Source: Azolla caroliniana
Taxonomy: Eukaryota; Plantae; Polypodiophyta
DNA length: 64,000 nucleotides
Assembly: GCA_043228905.1 (NCBI GenBank)
Contig: JBHGNT010000020.1
Span: forward strand, 13,516,001 to 13,580,000
Direction of reading: 5' to 3'
Every line of letters begins with the position of its first letter. The stretch's first letter is position 1. A program made the translations under genes and the position numbers. The notes under the pieces were generated by a model. That model saw only the letters and a list, made by a program, of their open reading frames with translations. It searched no databases and had not been told where the DNA came from. This document shows positions 51,345-63,914 of this stretch, in pieces.

Positions 51345-52579
51345 ATTCAAAGTTAACTTAGTCCTTGATGATGCCCCTTATGTTATGCCATGTGAATGTA
51401 TTTATAATATGAAGCCAATTTGTTATAGATCATCATTTTCAAAGGAAATCTTTCCAAAGAAAATATGATTAGCTTTTTCTCAATCTAATCGGGTTTCTAA
51501 TTGAGGGTAAATGATTTTTGCTTCGCTTCTGGATTCTAGATGAAACCCCTGAGACTTGTTTCTATATGTACCTCTTTTACAAAATATTGAAGGTTTGAAT
51601 AGGATTTATGCAAATGATTAGTGTGGAATTGTTACTCCAATAGGCAAGTTGTTATGCCATTGCTCCATCATGAAAGAATTGTTCAACATCATTCATTTGT
51701 TAAGGAAGGAAAAAGTTTCAGTTTCACATTTTTTCCTTTTTCCCTTTATGATTTAATGTGTAGAAATTGGGTCTTTACAATTTGTTCATGTTATTGCACT
51801 TTACCAGACAATTACAATCCCATTTTTTAAATGTATGATTGATTGATATGGTAAATGTATGGTCTCTATTATTGAATTCAGGGATGACTATTGGGCATTG
51901 TTTCACCCCAATTGTTGGGTGTCATAACGTTGTAGAACCCTTAGTGGGTTAATATATTATATAATGTATTTTAATGCCATTTTGACAATAAGGTAACATT
52001 GTGATCATTCATTCAGAACAATACATCTACGTACTGGTGAACTTAACAGCCCATCAATTCTCTCACATCTTGTATGGATATATTGACTTGATGATGTTGT
52101 CTAAAGCATGTTCAAATAATTTAACCAATTAAATATGATGAACCATAACAAATATGCGATTATTAAAATCTTCGAGTAGAAGCCCATTGGATGGCTAGAG
52201 ATGTGGACACATTCCATAGTACATCTAGCTTGTATTACGGGTTCAAGTATGCATACATGGATGATCATGTTGTTGGCCACAACTAACATCAAGGAGACTC
52301 CTTATTCAATATACAACACTAATGAGACATGCACAAAGATTGCTTGCTCTTTATACAACCTCGAAAGTAGAAGGATACATCTAGATTGTAATGATATGAA
52401 TCTTGCTTGACCTAATGCTGTCATAGCTTCTCTAACTCTCACCTCCTCTTAATTATCTAGTGACACATACAGCCATGACAAATTCCTTAGCAATAACTCA
52501 AATTGAGACCTTGTGGTTGATCACATAACTAATATATTAACATGTTGAATAAATGACCTTGTAGTTCATTAGATTTCTC

Positions 52580-52633
<54 letters not shown>

Positions 52634-53034
52634 TGAGGTGTCGATTGTGTTCAACTAATGACCCCACATGATTTGGCCTCTTGGGCATCCAAAATACCAA
52701 AACATCGTGAACTCGGACATTTACACAAATATCCAGAGTTTTAAAAACATTACCTGGATGGCCTAAAACCTCTTTGAATATGGCACCAAAATTCACCTAA
52801 AACCGTTTTGGATAATTTCCGGAATACCCCTTTTCTGTTTCCCCCCTTTTTAATCTCTATTTCTCAACTTGTTGGGTCATGTTTTTACTTGCAGGTATTT
52901 GACGAAATAACAGAATGACGTGGTGACCAGTTTTTGCGTTAGAATTATTTTGCCAAATCGATGAATAGTGTTCTTTTCTTACTCAATCAAATTGAGGTCT
53001 TTGTTAAGACCTCCATGGTACCATTCACAAGGCA

Positions 53035-55014
53035 ATGAAAAGATATTGTAGAAATCCATCTGATGTATATAGATTCCTAGCCTTGATCAAGGATTGTGCC
53101 CACAAAAGAGATATGAGGAAAGGCGAAGATCTACATCATGAGATTCGTAGAAATGGTCTAGAGAAAGATGCCTTCATTGCCAGTAGCTTAATTGGCATGT
53201 ATGCCAAGTTTGGATTCATGGAGAAAGCTCGTGAGATCCTAAACAACCTTCATGTACAAGATGATGTAGTCTCATGGAATGCACTAATTGGAGGATACAT
53301 GAAACATCATTTCGGCAATGAAGCATTGGATTGCTTTAATGAAATGCGAGAGAAGAGCATATCTCCGAATGTCGTCACTTATGTGTCTGCATTAAAGGCA
53401 TGTGCCATTGTAAGAGCTCCATATAAAGGTCAAGAAATACATATTGAGGTCTTGAAGAAGGGTTTGCTAGATGAAGATGTTTCTATTGGAAGTACCCTTA
53501 TCGAAATGTATACATCTTGTGGGTTGTTATGTGTTGCCCATGACGTGTTCGATAAGCTTCCGAATCGAGATATTTACTCATGGAATGCTCTCATTAGTGG
53601 ATATGTTGGCCATGAATGTGATGAAAAAGCATTGGAATGTTTTGATGAGATTCAGTCTCATTGGGATTTCACTCCAGATGTGGTCACATATGTTTGTGCC
53701 TTGAAAGCTTGTGCTAATATCAGAGCGTTGTATAAAGGCCAAGAAATTCATGGTGAAGTTATGAGTAGAGGGTTGTTTCATCAAAACCGTATCGTTGCCA
53801 ACTCTTTAGTTGATATGTATGCTAATTGTGGTATGCTTACAAAAGCCAAAGATGTGTTCGATAGTATGGAAGGTCATGATGTTGTTTCTTGGACCTCATT
53901 GATGGCAGGATATCTAAAATGCGAGTATAATGAAGAGGCACTCCGATGTCTTGAATTGATGCAAGGTCATGAGGGTATCTCCCCTGATTCTGCCACATTT
54001 GTGTGTTGCCTAAAAGCTTGTCTAATTGCAGAGAGAGGTGGATATATACATGGTGAAATTGTCAAGAAAGGGTTAGAAAGAGAGGTTCTTATAGGGAATG
54101 CTCTCATTGATATGTATGTCCATTGTGGCCTGATTGAAAGTGCACATGGAGTCCTCTGTAAGATGCCTAGTCGAGATATCATCTCCTGGACAACATTAAT
54201 TGGAGGATATGTTAAACAAGGTTATAGCCAAGAAGCGTTGGATTGTGTAACAAGGATGCAATGTGAAGACATAACAAGTAATACGTATAGTTTGATGTTC
54301 GGCTTAAAAGCTTGTGGCAGCCTAGGGACTGAGGCAAAAGGCCGTGAAATTCACGGTGAGATCACAATGAAGGGATTGGGTTTTTTGGTGGGATGCCCTT
54401 TCCTTAGTAGTGCATTGGTGGACATGTATGTGAATTGGGGCTTACTTATCGATGCATCCTATGTCTTTGAAAAGCTCTCTACTCGAGATGATGTCTCTTA
54501 TACTGCGATGATAACCGGATTTGCTCAGGTAGGTGATATCCAAGGGCTGGTTCATTTGCTCAGAAAGATGGAAAATGAAGGGATAAAGCCGAATAGTGTC
54601 ACTTACCAAAGTGTCCTTAATGCTTGCAATCATGTGGGTCTTTTAGATAGTGGGCAAGCATACTTTGAGGTGATAAGCAATGGCCAGTGTGGTATGAATC
54701 CATGTATTGAACACTATATATCCATAATTGATCTCTTTGGTAGGGCTGGCCAAGTAGAGAATATGACCGAAATAGTAGAAAATATGCCTTTCCATCCGAA
54801 TTCAGTCACATGGCATGCTGTGTTGGGCGCATGTCGGAAATGGGGAAATGTAGAAGCTGGTCATGATGCCTTTCGACATGCAATTGAGATGGCCGGATGT
54901 GACGAGGGAGCATATTTTAGTATGTTTAACATATATACTGATGCTGGCATGCATGTCGACGCCAAATGTGTTGATGAATCAAGGCTACAGAAAAGCGTTA
55001 TGAGGCATGTTTAA
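53035..55014 (+). CDS. PLS-class pentatricopeptide repeat protein with E domain, no DYW (likely organellar RNA-editing specificity factor)
   Basis: Repeated VVSWNALIGGY / VTYVCALKAC / NSLVDMYANCG triplets, then EHYISIIDLFGRAG, MPFHPNSVTWHAVLGACRKWGN and AYFSMFNIY. Confidence 0.95.
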   Translation: MKRYCRNPSDVYRFLALIKDCAHKRDMRKGEDLHHEIRRNGLEKDAFIASSLIGMYAKFGFMEKAREILNNLHVQDDVVSWNALIGGYMKHHFGNEALDCFNEMREKSISPNVVTYVSALKACAIVRAPYKGQEIHIEVLKKGLLDEDVSIGSTLIEMYTSCGLLCVAHDVFDKLPNRDIYSWNALISGYVGHECDEKALECFDEIQSHWDFTPDVVTYVCALKACANIRALYKGQEIHGEVMSRGLFHQNRIVANSLVDMYANCGMLTKAKDVFDSMEGHDVVSWTSLMAGYLKCEYNEEALRCLELMQGHEGISPDSATFVCCLKACLIAERGGYIHGEIVKKGLEREVLIGNALIDMYVHCGLIESAHGVLCKMPSRDIISWTTLIGGYVKQGYSQEALDCVTRMQCEDITSNTYSLMFGLKACGSLGTEAKGREIHGEITMKGLGFLVGCPFLSSALVDMYVNWGLLIDASYVFEKLSTRDDVSYTAMITGFAQVGDIQGLVHLLRKMENEGIKPNSVTYQSVLNACNHVGLLDSGQAYFEVISNGQCGMNPCIEHYISIIDLFGRAGQVENMTEIVENMPFHPNSVTWHAVLGACRKWGNVEAGHDAFRHAIEMAGCDEGAYFSMFNIYTDAGMHVDAKCVDESRLQKSVMRHV

Positions 55015-55069
55015 TATCTAGACAGGCATTGGCATGCACATAGATAAGCGCATGAACCCGAAAGTTGTT

Positions 55070-55303
55070 CGATGAATCAAGGCTATAAGATCTAGATAGA
55101 TGCTGGCATGCACATCAATATGACAAGTATCAATCAATGTCTAGACGTTAGTTTTCAAGGGACAACTCAAAACAAATTAATCCCATCGATGAATCGAGGC
55201 TATAAGATCTAAATACATGCTGGCATCCACATCAATATGACAAGTATCAATCAATGTCTAGACATTAATTTTCAAGGGACAACGCGAACCACTTAATCCC
55301 ATG
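55070..55303. repeat. Tandem duplication of about 117 bp downstream of the PPR stop
   Basis: CGATGAATCRAGGCTATAAGATCTA...TTTTCAAGGGACAAC occurs at 55070 and 55187. Confidence 0.85.
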
Positions 55304-55951
55304 TATGTGTGATATACATGAAGCATGTATCTGGATAGTGATGGCAATGCTATAAACACTAGCAAGCAAAAAAACCCCTCCTTTCTCTACAAATATCCTT
55401 GATTGTGTTGAACATCCTAGTATCCCATTATTGACACTTGCTAACCATACCTTTTGATGACCCAATATGTGTGGCACATTCAACATTCATCATGTACCAT
55501 CAAAATGTTGAGCTTGATGTATGATGAGCAATCACAAGATGATGATGGAGGAGTGCCAGAATTAAATGGTGCCATTAATGGACTTCAATGAGAATTTTGC
55601 CAATGTAAAGAGCTTGTGGAGGACGGTCCAAGCACATAAGGAGTTACAATTAAACACTTGTTCTCAAAAGGGTGATACCCTACCTCATAAACAAAGCACA
55701 AGTGTCGACGATTCTTATTGTGCATAGCAAGATTGGATTAAGTATGAAAGGGCGAATGTTGCTGAACAAGCATTGGCAAGAGGGAGACAAGAGCCTAGCA
55801 TGCTTAAGCTCTTTATGCATGCGGTTAAGGTGAAAGAGGTAGAAGTGTCTGGGATGAATGTCAAAGAAGATAGATGAAAGGAGTTTGAGGTTCTGGAAGC
55901 TAGACCCAATCACATTGGGCATGCTTCGTTCAGAGTCTTTCATGTCTACTC

Positions 55952-56339
55952 TAGGAATTGGCAACGGTTTGGCTCTAGACTAAATCGAGCCGTTAAAACC
56001 GTTTTTAAATGGTTTGGCGGTTTGACTCAGTTCAGGCTTGAGCCTCTTTCACTGCTTTGAGCTTGGTTAGGCAAGGTTCAAGCTGAGCCAAACTGTTTAG
56101 GGCCAAACCGGTTCCTAAACTGGTTTGGCTTTAAACGGTTTGTCCAAACCGGTTCCTAAACGGCTCTAGCATTAAACGGTTTGTCCAAACCGGTTTAGTG
56201 TTAAACGGTTTGTCCAAACCAGTTCCTAAACCGGTTTAGTGGTGTGGTTCAAGTTTGAAAACACTCAAACCAATTAAGGCTTAACCAGTTTGGCCAAACC
56301 AAACCTGTTAGGCCGAAACTAAACCTTTGCCGATTCCTT
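55952..56339. mobile_element. hAT-type MITE upstream of CENH3
   Basis: TAGGAATTGGCAACGGTTT / AAACCTTTGCCGATTCCTT termini, degenerate 8-bp TSD GTCTACTC / GTCCACAC, internal AAACCGGTT repeats. Confidence 0.85.
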
Positions 56340-56678
56340 GTCCACACTGGAGTGTATTGTAGACGAGGAAAAACATACGGGGTTTCATTGTTTCTAATGG
56401 AGGGTAATTTTGGTATTAGGAAAAAGGTTGGAATATAAAACTGCGGAGGGTAGTTTTTTAATATTAATGAAAATAGTTAAGAATACCAGCGAGGGTACTT
56501 TTGATATTAAGGAAAACGTGGAAAGAATGAATATCAGGGACTCGGGAGGGTAGGTTTTGATATTAAGGAAAAGTCGGAAGAATACCGCCGGAGGGTGGTT
56601 TTGACATTCTGAAGAGCGGTTTTTGTTTTTATTTTTTTATTTTTTTATTTTAAAAAAAGCGAAGAATCCAATGTTCGG

Positions 56679-56686
56679 GCGGGAAA
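56679..56686 (-). promoter_or_regulatory. Canonical E2F binding site TTTCCCGC in the CENH3 upstream region
   Basis: Plus strand GCGGGAAA, about 375 bp upstream of the ATG. E2F regulation of CENH3 is known in Arabidopsis. Confidence 0.55.
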
Positions 56687-56719
56687 ATGAAGAGAGAGAA
56701 AGTAGAGAGAGAAAACGGA

Positions 56720-56900
56720 GACTCTCTCTCTCTCTCTGCACAGAAAGAAACGATGGAAGCTTGATTTATTTCTCTCTCTCTCTGTGCACAGAAAGAAACG
56801 ATGGAAGCTTGATTTGTTTCTCTCTCTTTCTCTCTCTCTCTCTCTGTGCACAGAAAGAAACGATGGAAGCTTGATTCGTTCAGCTCTCTCTCTCTCTCCC
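56720..56900. repeat. Three copies of TGCACAGAAAGAAACGATGGAAGCTTGATT separated by (CT)n, in the CENH3 5' region
   Basis: Direct observation. Confidence 0.9.
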
Positions 56901-57059
56901 TCGCTTCTTCTTCGCCATGCTGTTTCCGCTCTGCTAAACCCTAATTTATCCTCTCTTCCCCTCTCTGCTGAGCAGGCATGGATTTTCTCTCTCTGCATTC
57001 CAGGATTTGAAAGAAAGACAGGAGCCTAAGAAGGGGGTAGAGAAAGAGCGTTGTCCGCC

Positions 57060-60000
57060 ATGGTCAGAAGCAAGAAAAGGGCGAGAAAATCCTCTCAAGT
57101 ATCTTCTTCTTCCAATGTCGATCAACAGATAAATACAGGTTTCTTGTCACTCAATCTCTCTCTTCCATCCTTCCTTTTTTCGCTTCTTGTTTTATTGCTG
57201 AACTATTTTATCAACGAATTCTCTAGATGCCTTCTCAATTTCCACGACTTTTTGAATTTACCCGTGGCTTCTGCTTTTTCTTCCTTACATTGAATTGTTT
57301 CTGAAGGAAAATCCGAGCCGCTTTTCAAGTGTTCCTTTCTCTTAATTTGTAATTTCTATATTTCATTGAATCGAGCAACCTATTCTATCATCTCTTAATG
57401 ACTTTGCAATTATCTGTCAGAGTTAGAGCTTTCTGAGGCTTCATGACTAAACGTCAGAATTAGGAATTTCTGAGGCTTCACGACTAAACGTTAGAATTAG
57501 GGATTTCTGAGGCTTCACAACTATCTGTTAGAATTAGGACTTCTGAGGCTTCGCGATGGTTTCCTGAGGCCTTACAAGTATCTAGAGTCTGTTTCCACTT
57601 TCTTTCTGAGCATTTGCACCACCTGGAAAATTTTGGTTTCCACTTGTACAATCAAAGTTCCGTGACCTAGTTTCTCTCAGGGTCTTCACTTCTGATCCGC
57701 TCCTCGGTGTGGGAGCATTAACTTTCTGTCAGAACTGATTCTATTGTTTCTTGAATCAGACTTGTTGTTGGTAAGCTTCTTGAGACTTCACTCTTTTGCT
57801 TGAAGATAATACGTGACTTAGTTTTTTTTCATCTTTCTTGGAATACGTAGATTGATTTATTTTTTGGTTTATATTCTTGATTCCTTCTCTCCTATCTTGA
57901 GAAAAATCTAAGCTTCTTTCCAATGGTTCCCTAAATATGTCTTCTGGATTTTCATTTTTCATTGAATCTACTAGTGGCATCTGTTCACTCTCTATCTCAG
58001 AGTCCTTCTCACCTACTGTCAAAACTAGACTTTTTGGAATGTTTCATGATCCCTTCTCTCTTTTGATGAGAAACCCTAGTATATCTTTTCTAGGTTTTCT
58101 AATCTGGCCTCATTTCCCATTGGTAACATTTCTGTGGCTTGTATTCTCTTTCATTCTGATATATTCGGAATCATGTTTTAAGCTTCTTGATTGTTTTCCA
58201 TTTTCTTGAGACAAATCCGCTTGTCCATCTTCCTTTGAATATATGTACTGGTGACTTCTTCTCATTCTTCCTGAGGGTCACAATAATGTATCAGAATTAT
58301 GGTCTGATTTCTTTTCTTTCTTGAATAAAGTCTTTTTACCATGGCAACTCATGATATCTTGAATCCTTTTCTTGTTCCTTGGCATTAATCCAGTCTATTT
58401 AAGGGTTATTTATCTAATCCCAAAGGTATCTTCTATATTCTTGAGAGAATTAAGTTTTCTATTGCATCTGTTCTCTTCCTTCTCAGAAGGGTTTATTTTC
58501 CATATGCATATCCGGCAATGACCTTTACTTTCTGCTCTCTCTCATTTCCATGTTCATGGAAAAAAAATTAAGTCTTCTGTTCTTTATCTGATTTTCTTTC
58601 TTTATCTCCCTTGAAAATATCAGTATTTCCTTCCTTTATCTTTCAGATCTCCCTTTTTTTCTTTCGTTGTTTGATATAAAATGTATTGATTTTTTTCAGA
58701 TGTAGAAAGCAGCAAAGGGCGACCAAAGAGACATAGTTCAACACCCCCAGCAACCCCCAGTACTCCTGTGAATGCTCAACCTGAACGCCAAAGAAAACCA
58801 CATCGTTTCCGACCTGGCACAGTTGCCCTTAGAGAGATTAGGCATTACCAAAAGACAGTTCACTTTCTCATTCACCCTATGCCATTTGCTAGGCTGGTAA
58901 AATTTCTCTCTCCAACGATTCTCTCTTGATGAATTTAAAATAACATAAAAATACCCTCTTAAGGTTTTCAAAATCACAAGATTACACCTATGTAAAATCA
59001 AAATTTGGGGAATTTCGTATGATATAGAATGCTTTTAACTTTGAACAATGGTAAATGTCCAAAAATGTTGTTATTTTTGTTTGTGGTTTACTCTGATTAC
59101 ATTAAGCAAAACCGAATGTGGTATATTTGTGTCTTATCTATGAAGTTTCTATTTTTACTTATCTTGTTTTTCCTGAGTGGTGTAGTTCTAAGGTTTAATA
59201 TGAAAGACTCTTGTATGGGTCCTTGTATCTGTAAAATTATCCTTGTTGCGTATCGAAATAAGTAGATGTTGCTGTAGTTGTATGGCTCAATGGGAAGGTC
59301 TCTTGCATTGGTGCTGAGCATATGTAGATGTTGGTGTAGTTGTATGGCTCAATGGGAAGGTCTCTTGCATTGGTACTATCCTTATTCTTTGGTTATAATG
59401 AGTGCGCAATGATCGTGTTAGTCAGTTCTATATGTAACAGTTGGATGCTTTTACTATCCTTGTTTTTGGTAGTAACGAAGACTGAATCACTGAAATTACA
59501 TTATGTGGATCTCAGATGTAACATTTTATGTTGCAGGTGAGAGAAGTAGCTGCTCAGTTTTCTGATAGTGTATCCAGATGGACTGCTGAGGCACTGATTG
59601 CTCTACAAGAGGTGAGAAGTGATAATTCCACTTAACTATTCAAGTATAATTGTGAATTATATATTGTTCACTCTTTATCACCCAAGTGTATATGATTCCA
59701 TTCGTTATTATCCATGTCTACCTTGTATAATTATTGATTAAGACAAACTCAATTACCCAGGCTGCAGAAGACCATATTGTCCACCTCTTTGAGGATACCA
59801 ACCTTTGTGCAATCCATGCAAAGAGAGTTACAATCAGTATGTCTCTTCTCTTTAACCCATTCTATTATGTGCAAGTTAAAGGTTTTAGTCTGATTGGTTG
59901 ACTAATCTTATATTATTTAAAATTAGTTTATGTAAAGCATTCTTGTTAGGCAAAATAAATGTTTGGCTGGTTGTAGTGGTCCGTGGAAGAACAGTGATTT

Positions 60001-60803
60001 TAATACCATTTTGGAAATGTTATTTAACTGATATATGTTATTGCCAATTATTTCTCAATATATCTCTATGATGCAGTCTTGGTGCTAGATAAGAGTGGTC
60101 ATTATTTGTTACAGTGCCGTGATAGTAGGAAAAATTTTCTTAAACACATGCTATAAATGAGTGCACAAGTTATAACTACACTTCATACTAGCAATGTAAG
60201 GAAAACTTCAGAAACAGAATTATATATTATCATCATATCTTGATGAGAAGAGAATCTAAACACTATGGTGACCATCTTAAGTAGTAAAGTATGAGAATTG
60301 ATTCTAGAGTGCATTGTATCACCTGCCTGTAATTTTGGCTAATAAATGTAGATCCATGTCCATGCATTAAATCAATAACTTCAAAGATTCTTGTGTTGAT
60401 GTAAGATGTGCTGTATGGTCATATCAATAGATAGAGGTTTCCATCAAATGTGCTAGAATTAATTGCCTTTGTAAGGCTTTAGATTTTGGATGGTGGAGCC
60501 TGCGATTTTTTCAAATAAAACTATGGATATAATTTCCAGAATAAGCATGTGTGCTTTTCTTGAATTTCATACACATATAATCTTCTCAAGAAAGGAACTA
60601 TACTAAGGACGCAGGAGTAGTTGCCTATTGCATGTAAGTGTATTTTGTTAATTTTCATGAATCATGACAAAACTACTTATCCAAAGCCTCGTTGACTATT
60701 ATTGGGTACTAAAGATGACATTTTTGTGTATGCCTTTGCAGTGACTAAAGATATGCAACTAGCGCGACGATTAAGAGGAAGCACATTAGATAGGCCTTGG
60801 TAA
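57060..60803 (+). CDS. CENH3: Centromere-specific histone H3 variant, 5 exons, about 162 aa
   Basis: Exons 57060-57138, 58700-58896, 59537-59611, 59761-59836 and 60742-60803 (GT-AG, phase-consistent). They give [10 protein letters not shown]...[35 protein letters not shown]|[25 protein letters not shown]|[25 protein letters not shown]|[20 protein letters not shown]. Divergent tail, F-to-W in RWT, loss of Q in FQRL, longer loop 1 and terminal PW. Confidence 0.95.
57415..57570. repeat. Minisatellite of about 37 bp, about 4 copies, in CENH3 intron 1
   Basis: TTCTGAGGCTTCAYGACTAAACGTYAGAATTAGG recurs. Confidence 0.85.
59262..59375. repeat. Direct duplication (period 62 bp) in CENH3 intron 2
   Basis: GTAGATGTTG(C/G)TGTAGTTGTATGGCTCAATGGGAAGGTCTCTTGCATTGGT occurs twice. 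Confidence 0.85.
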
Positions 60804-63800
60804 ACCTGTGTTGTCATATGTACCATGTATAACTTAAATTGTTTTGAGTTGATCGATATGCTTTTACTCCATCCATGTCCATGAGAAGAAAACTGTTTGG
60901 TAACTTTGGTTGAGCCTTACATCTTCTCCTTCAAGCATAGACGTTGGCTCATTTTTAAAGAAAAAAAGCATTTCTTCATGTAAAAATCAATCGGGAACAA
61001 GATAAAACATTTTGGTGAATTACAATCTTGTTCTTCATCAAATACTCTTGTATTCTCTGTCTGTCTGTTTCTCTCATTAGTCTTTCGATTGTTTCTTCTT
61101 GCAGTCTTATGTTGTGTTTTGATTATATGCAAATGAAATCTTTTATTATATGAACTCTAATGTCTCATACAAACTGGGTAAACATGCACTTTTTCTTAGT
61201 TGTTTTTTTTCTTCATGCAAAATATTAAATATACCATTTAGTATAGATAAATTCTATTAATGTATTGGAAATTAATGCATTTTAGTTTCCAGGCTCCACA
61301 AATGTCCATGATTGCAATACACATGAATTTATAACAAATTGGTTATTGTTCTGCAGAATTGCAATTAATTGATTCAATAATGCTCGCAAACTAGAGGGAT
61401 CAAATATTTTAGAAACCTTTATTTTCCTTATCATTGTAACTCGAGTCAATTTTTAAATATTCTAATTTACCATATCTTAAGCTAGAGCCATGTTGGTAAT
61501 ATAAAGCAAGCAGCATATTGTCAAAAGTTTCCTTCTGCATTGAACAAAAAAAGGTAATACGAGTTTGTTTCATACAGAGATGAGGATTTGTTTTCCATGT
61601 GTAGATAATACATTTCTGTAACTTTGGATGAGTAACATGTACTTTATGAATTTGAATCACCCACTTTACTTCCTTTTCAGAAGTATTCAGACTGGTAATT
61701 TTTTTCGTTTTCCTTTATAGAAGAGCTGCCATTGGTCTCGATCCTGTCTTTTATCACATTTGGTTAGATAGGGTAAAATCATGAGACTTTTCTACATCCA
61801 TTCTTAGGCTATTAGGCTATTGACATCCTTGAACTTTCAGGCATCTTTGTTACACAACATAGCACATCTCCAAATTTTTTATTGATCTCCAAGCAGTTAA
61901 CAGTCATTTCATCTATGAGTCAATTTGTCATTAGCTTGATGGTCAATTAGTCATTTGAAAGGGCCCAAGTTCGCCTTGCCATGGCTCAGCTTGGTCAATA
62001 GATTATATTGGTCTCTTGTAGATGCTAATAAATCTATGTATTTACCACCTTCATGGCAGTAGGACCAAAGTAACCTATTGATTAGAAACCACTACAGTGT
62101 ACAAGATGCAAAAAGAATAATAACAGAGAAATTTCTGGGATTCTGTTAGTTTAATATATCTCCAGAAATGCTAAAGTCTGTTTTTACTTAGCCATGAAGA
62201 AAGCACTACAAAATGCAAGCAGTAATATTAACAGGGAAAGCTCTGAGATTCTGCAAATTTATAATATCTCCAGGAATGCTCTTAAGTTTGTTTTTATTTC
62301 CTGAAATATATAATATAATGTAAGGCTTTAAGCCATGGGTAATTGGGGATATGGAAAAAAACTCTAGGATATTCAGTGAATTAATGACAAACCTCACTAA
62401 AAACAAGGATATATTACTCAAGAAAAAACTGAAAGCAAGCATTACTATAATGCATTATGATTTTCGGAAAACATTGTCACACAATATGAAACTACCAGAA
62501 AATGCACAATACAGCTGCATAAGTTAAAGGATTCAGTTTACCTGACGACCTAGATGTATATATTAAAAGTATATTTCACAGCATGAGAATTATATAGCAA
62601 AATATGTGAACTTGCTTATGCATCTTGAGATGACTGGCACCAATACATATTTTTCCTGAAATTTTGATCTAACGTATAGTAATGCTATTTATAATTAATC
62701 ATGGAACTACAAAACCTAGAAAACAATGAAGAAACCTGATTGAAGATGTTAGGAAAAAACAGAACTAAACAATATTCGCAGCAGTTGTAACTTAACATTT
62801 ATAAATTTATTCTCAGGAAACTCCTATCAGAAACAATCAACACAGACTTTCTCTTAAAGCAAAACCAAGATACAATGAGGAAAACACGCACTGAGCATAT
62901 AACACATATGATAATGTTTGTGCAAAAAAGTAGACTTGTGAAGCATCATGCTCACGAATCAAATGCATTGCATGCATTTCACCTATATCTGTGTCCTTGA
63001 TTGAAATTTTTTATTCGTTTATCAAAATTCAGGCTGATATAATAGATCAGAGTAGTTGCATCAGGATGTAAATTATGAAATCATAAATACATTGAAAGGA
63101 GGTGTGTGCGTGTGTGTATATATATATATAATTTTGTTCAAATGGATTATTCAGCATTGCCCTATAATGCTGAATAGTCCATTTGAAACAAAATAATGAA
63201 TGGAATTTAAAAAATCAGGCTAGTTATAAAAGCAAATAGAAAAAATTGACTGACCGATATAGAATGAATGAATGAAACATACCACAGCAGGAACATCAGG
63301 CAATCTCATAGTAGTATCTGTGCAAAGCAGAATTGAAAAAAAGTCGAACGTATACCTTTTTCTCGAAATGTTTCTTGAAGAATGTGAATAGAAGAATATT
63401 GATCCATATTCTTTTGTGAGCAAGATAGCAGCATACATAACAAATATATTTGAAGTAAATCAAAACAAATCTTTCTGATTCACTTTAACTTAATTTATGT
63501 AAAATTAAGAATCGAGGGTCTATCACAACATAAGAAACAGGGGCCAGGTTGATCTGTAAATTTTTATAAAGTTTGATATTTTTAAGTTGATCCGTTAGTC
63601 TTCAAGGAGTTGCAATCAAAAGATTCACCTCCTTCACTAAATTTTCTGCTTCAGTCAGTTGATTAGCACCTCCCATGGGTTCATGAGACCCCCTTGCCAC
63701 TCCACTTATCTACTGCAGTGTAATAAAGAAAGACTTTCTTAATATAATATTTACCGACACTTTGAACTGATCAATTTTGATTCTATACAAGCTCTCTAGA

Positions 63801-63817
63801 GTCGAAATTCCTTTGAT

Positions 63818-63914
63818 TCTTTCTTAGCCCACTTTTGAAGTTTTCATGAGCTCTTTTATTCTTTCTTAACCCACTGTGAAGTTTCGATGAACTCTTTTGT
63901 TCTTTCTTAACCCA
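63818..63914. repeat. Degenerate tandem repeat of about 41 bp, about 2.4 copies
   Basis: TTCTTTCTTARCCCA recurs three times. Confidence 0.65.

Noticed and set aside
353-60803. Functional link between the 173-bp array and the CENH3 gene in the same window
   Set aside because: They are 55 kb apart and CENH3 acts in trans; co-occurrence is not evidence.
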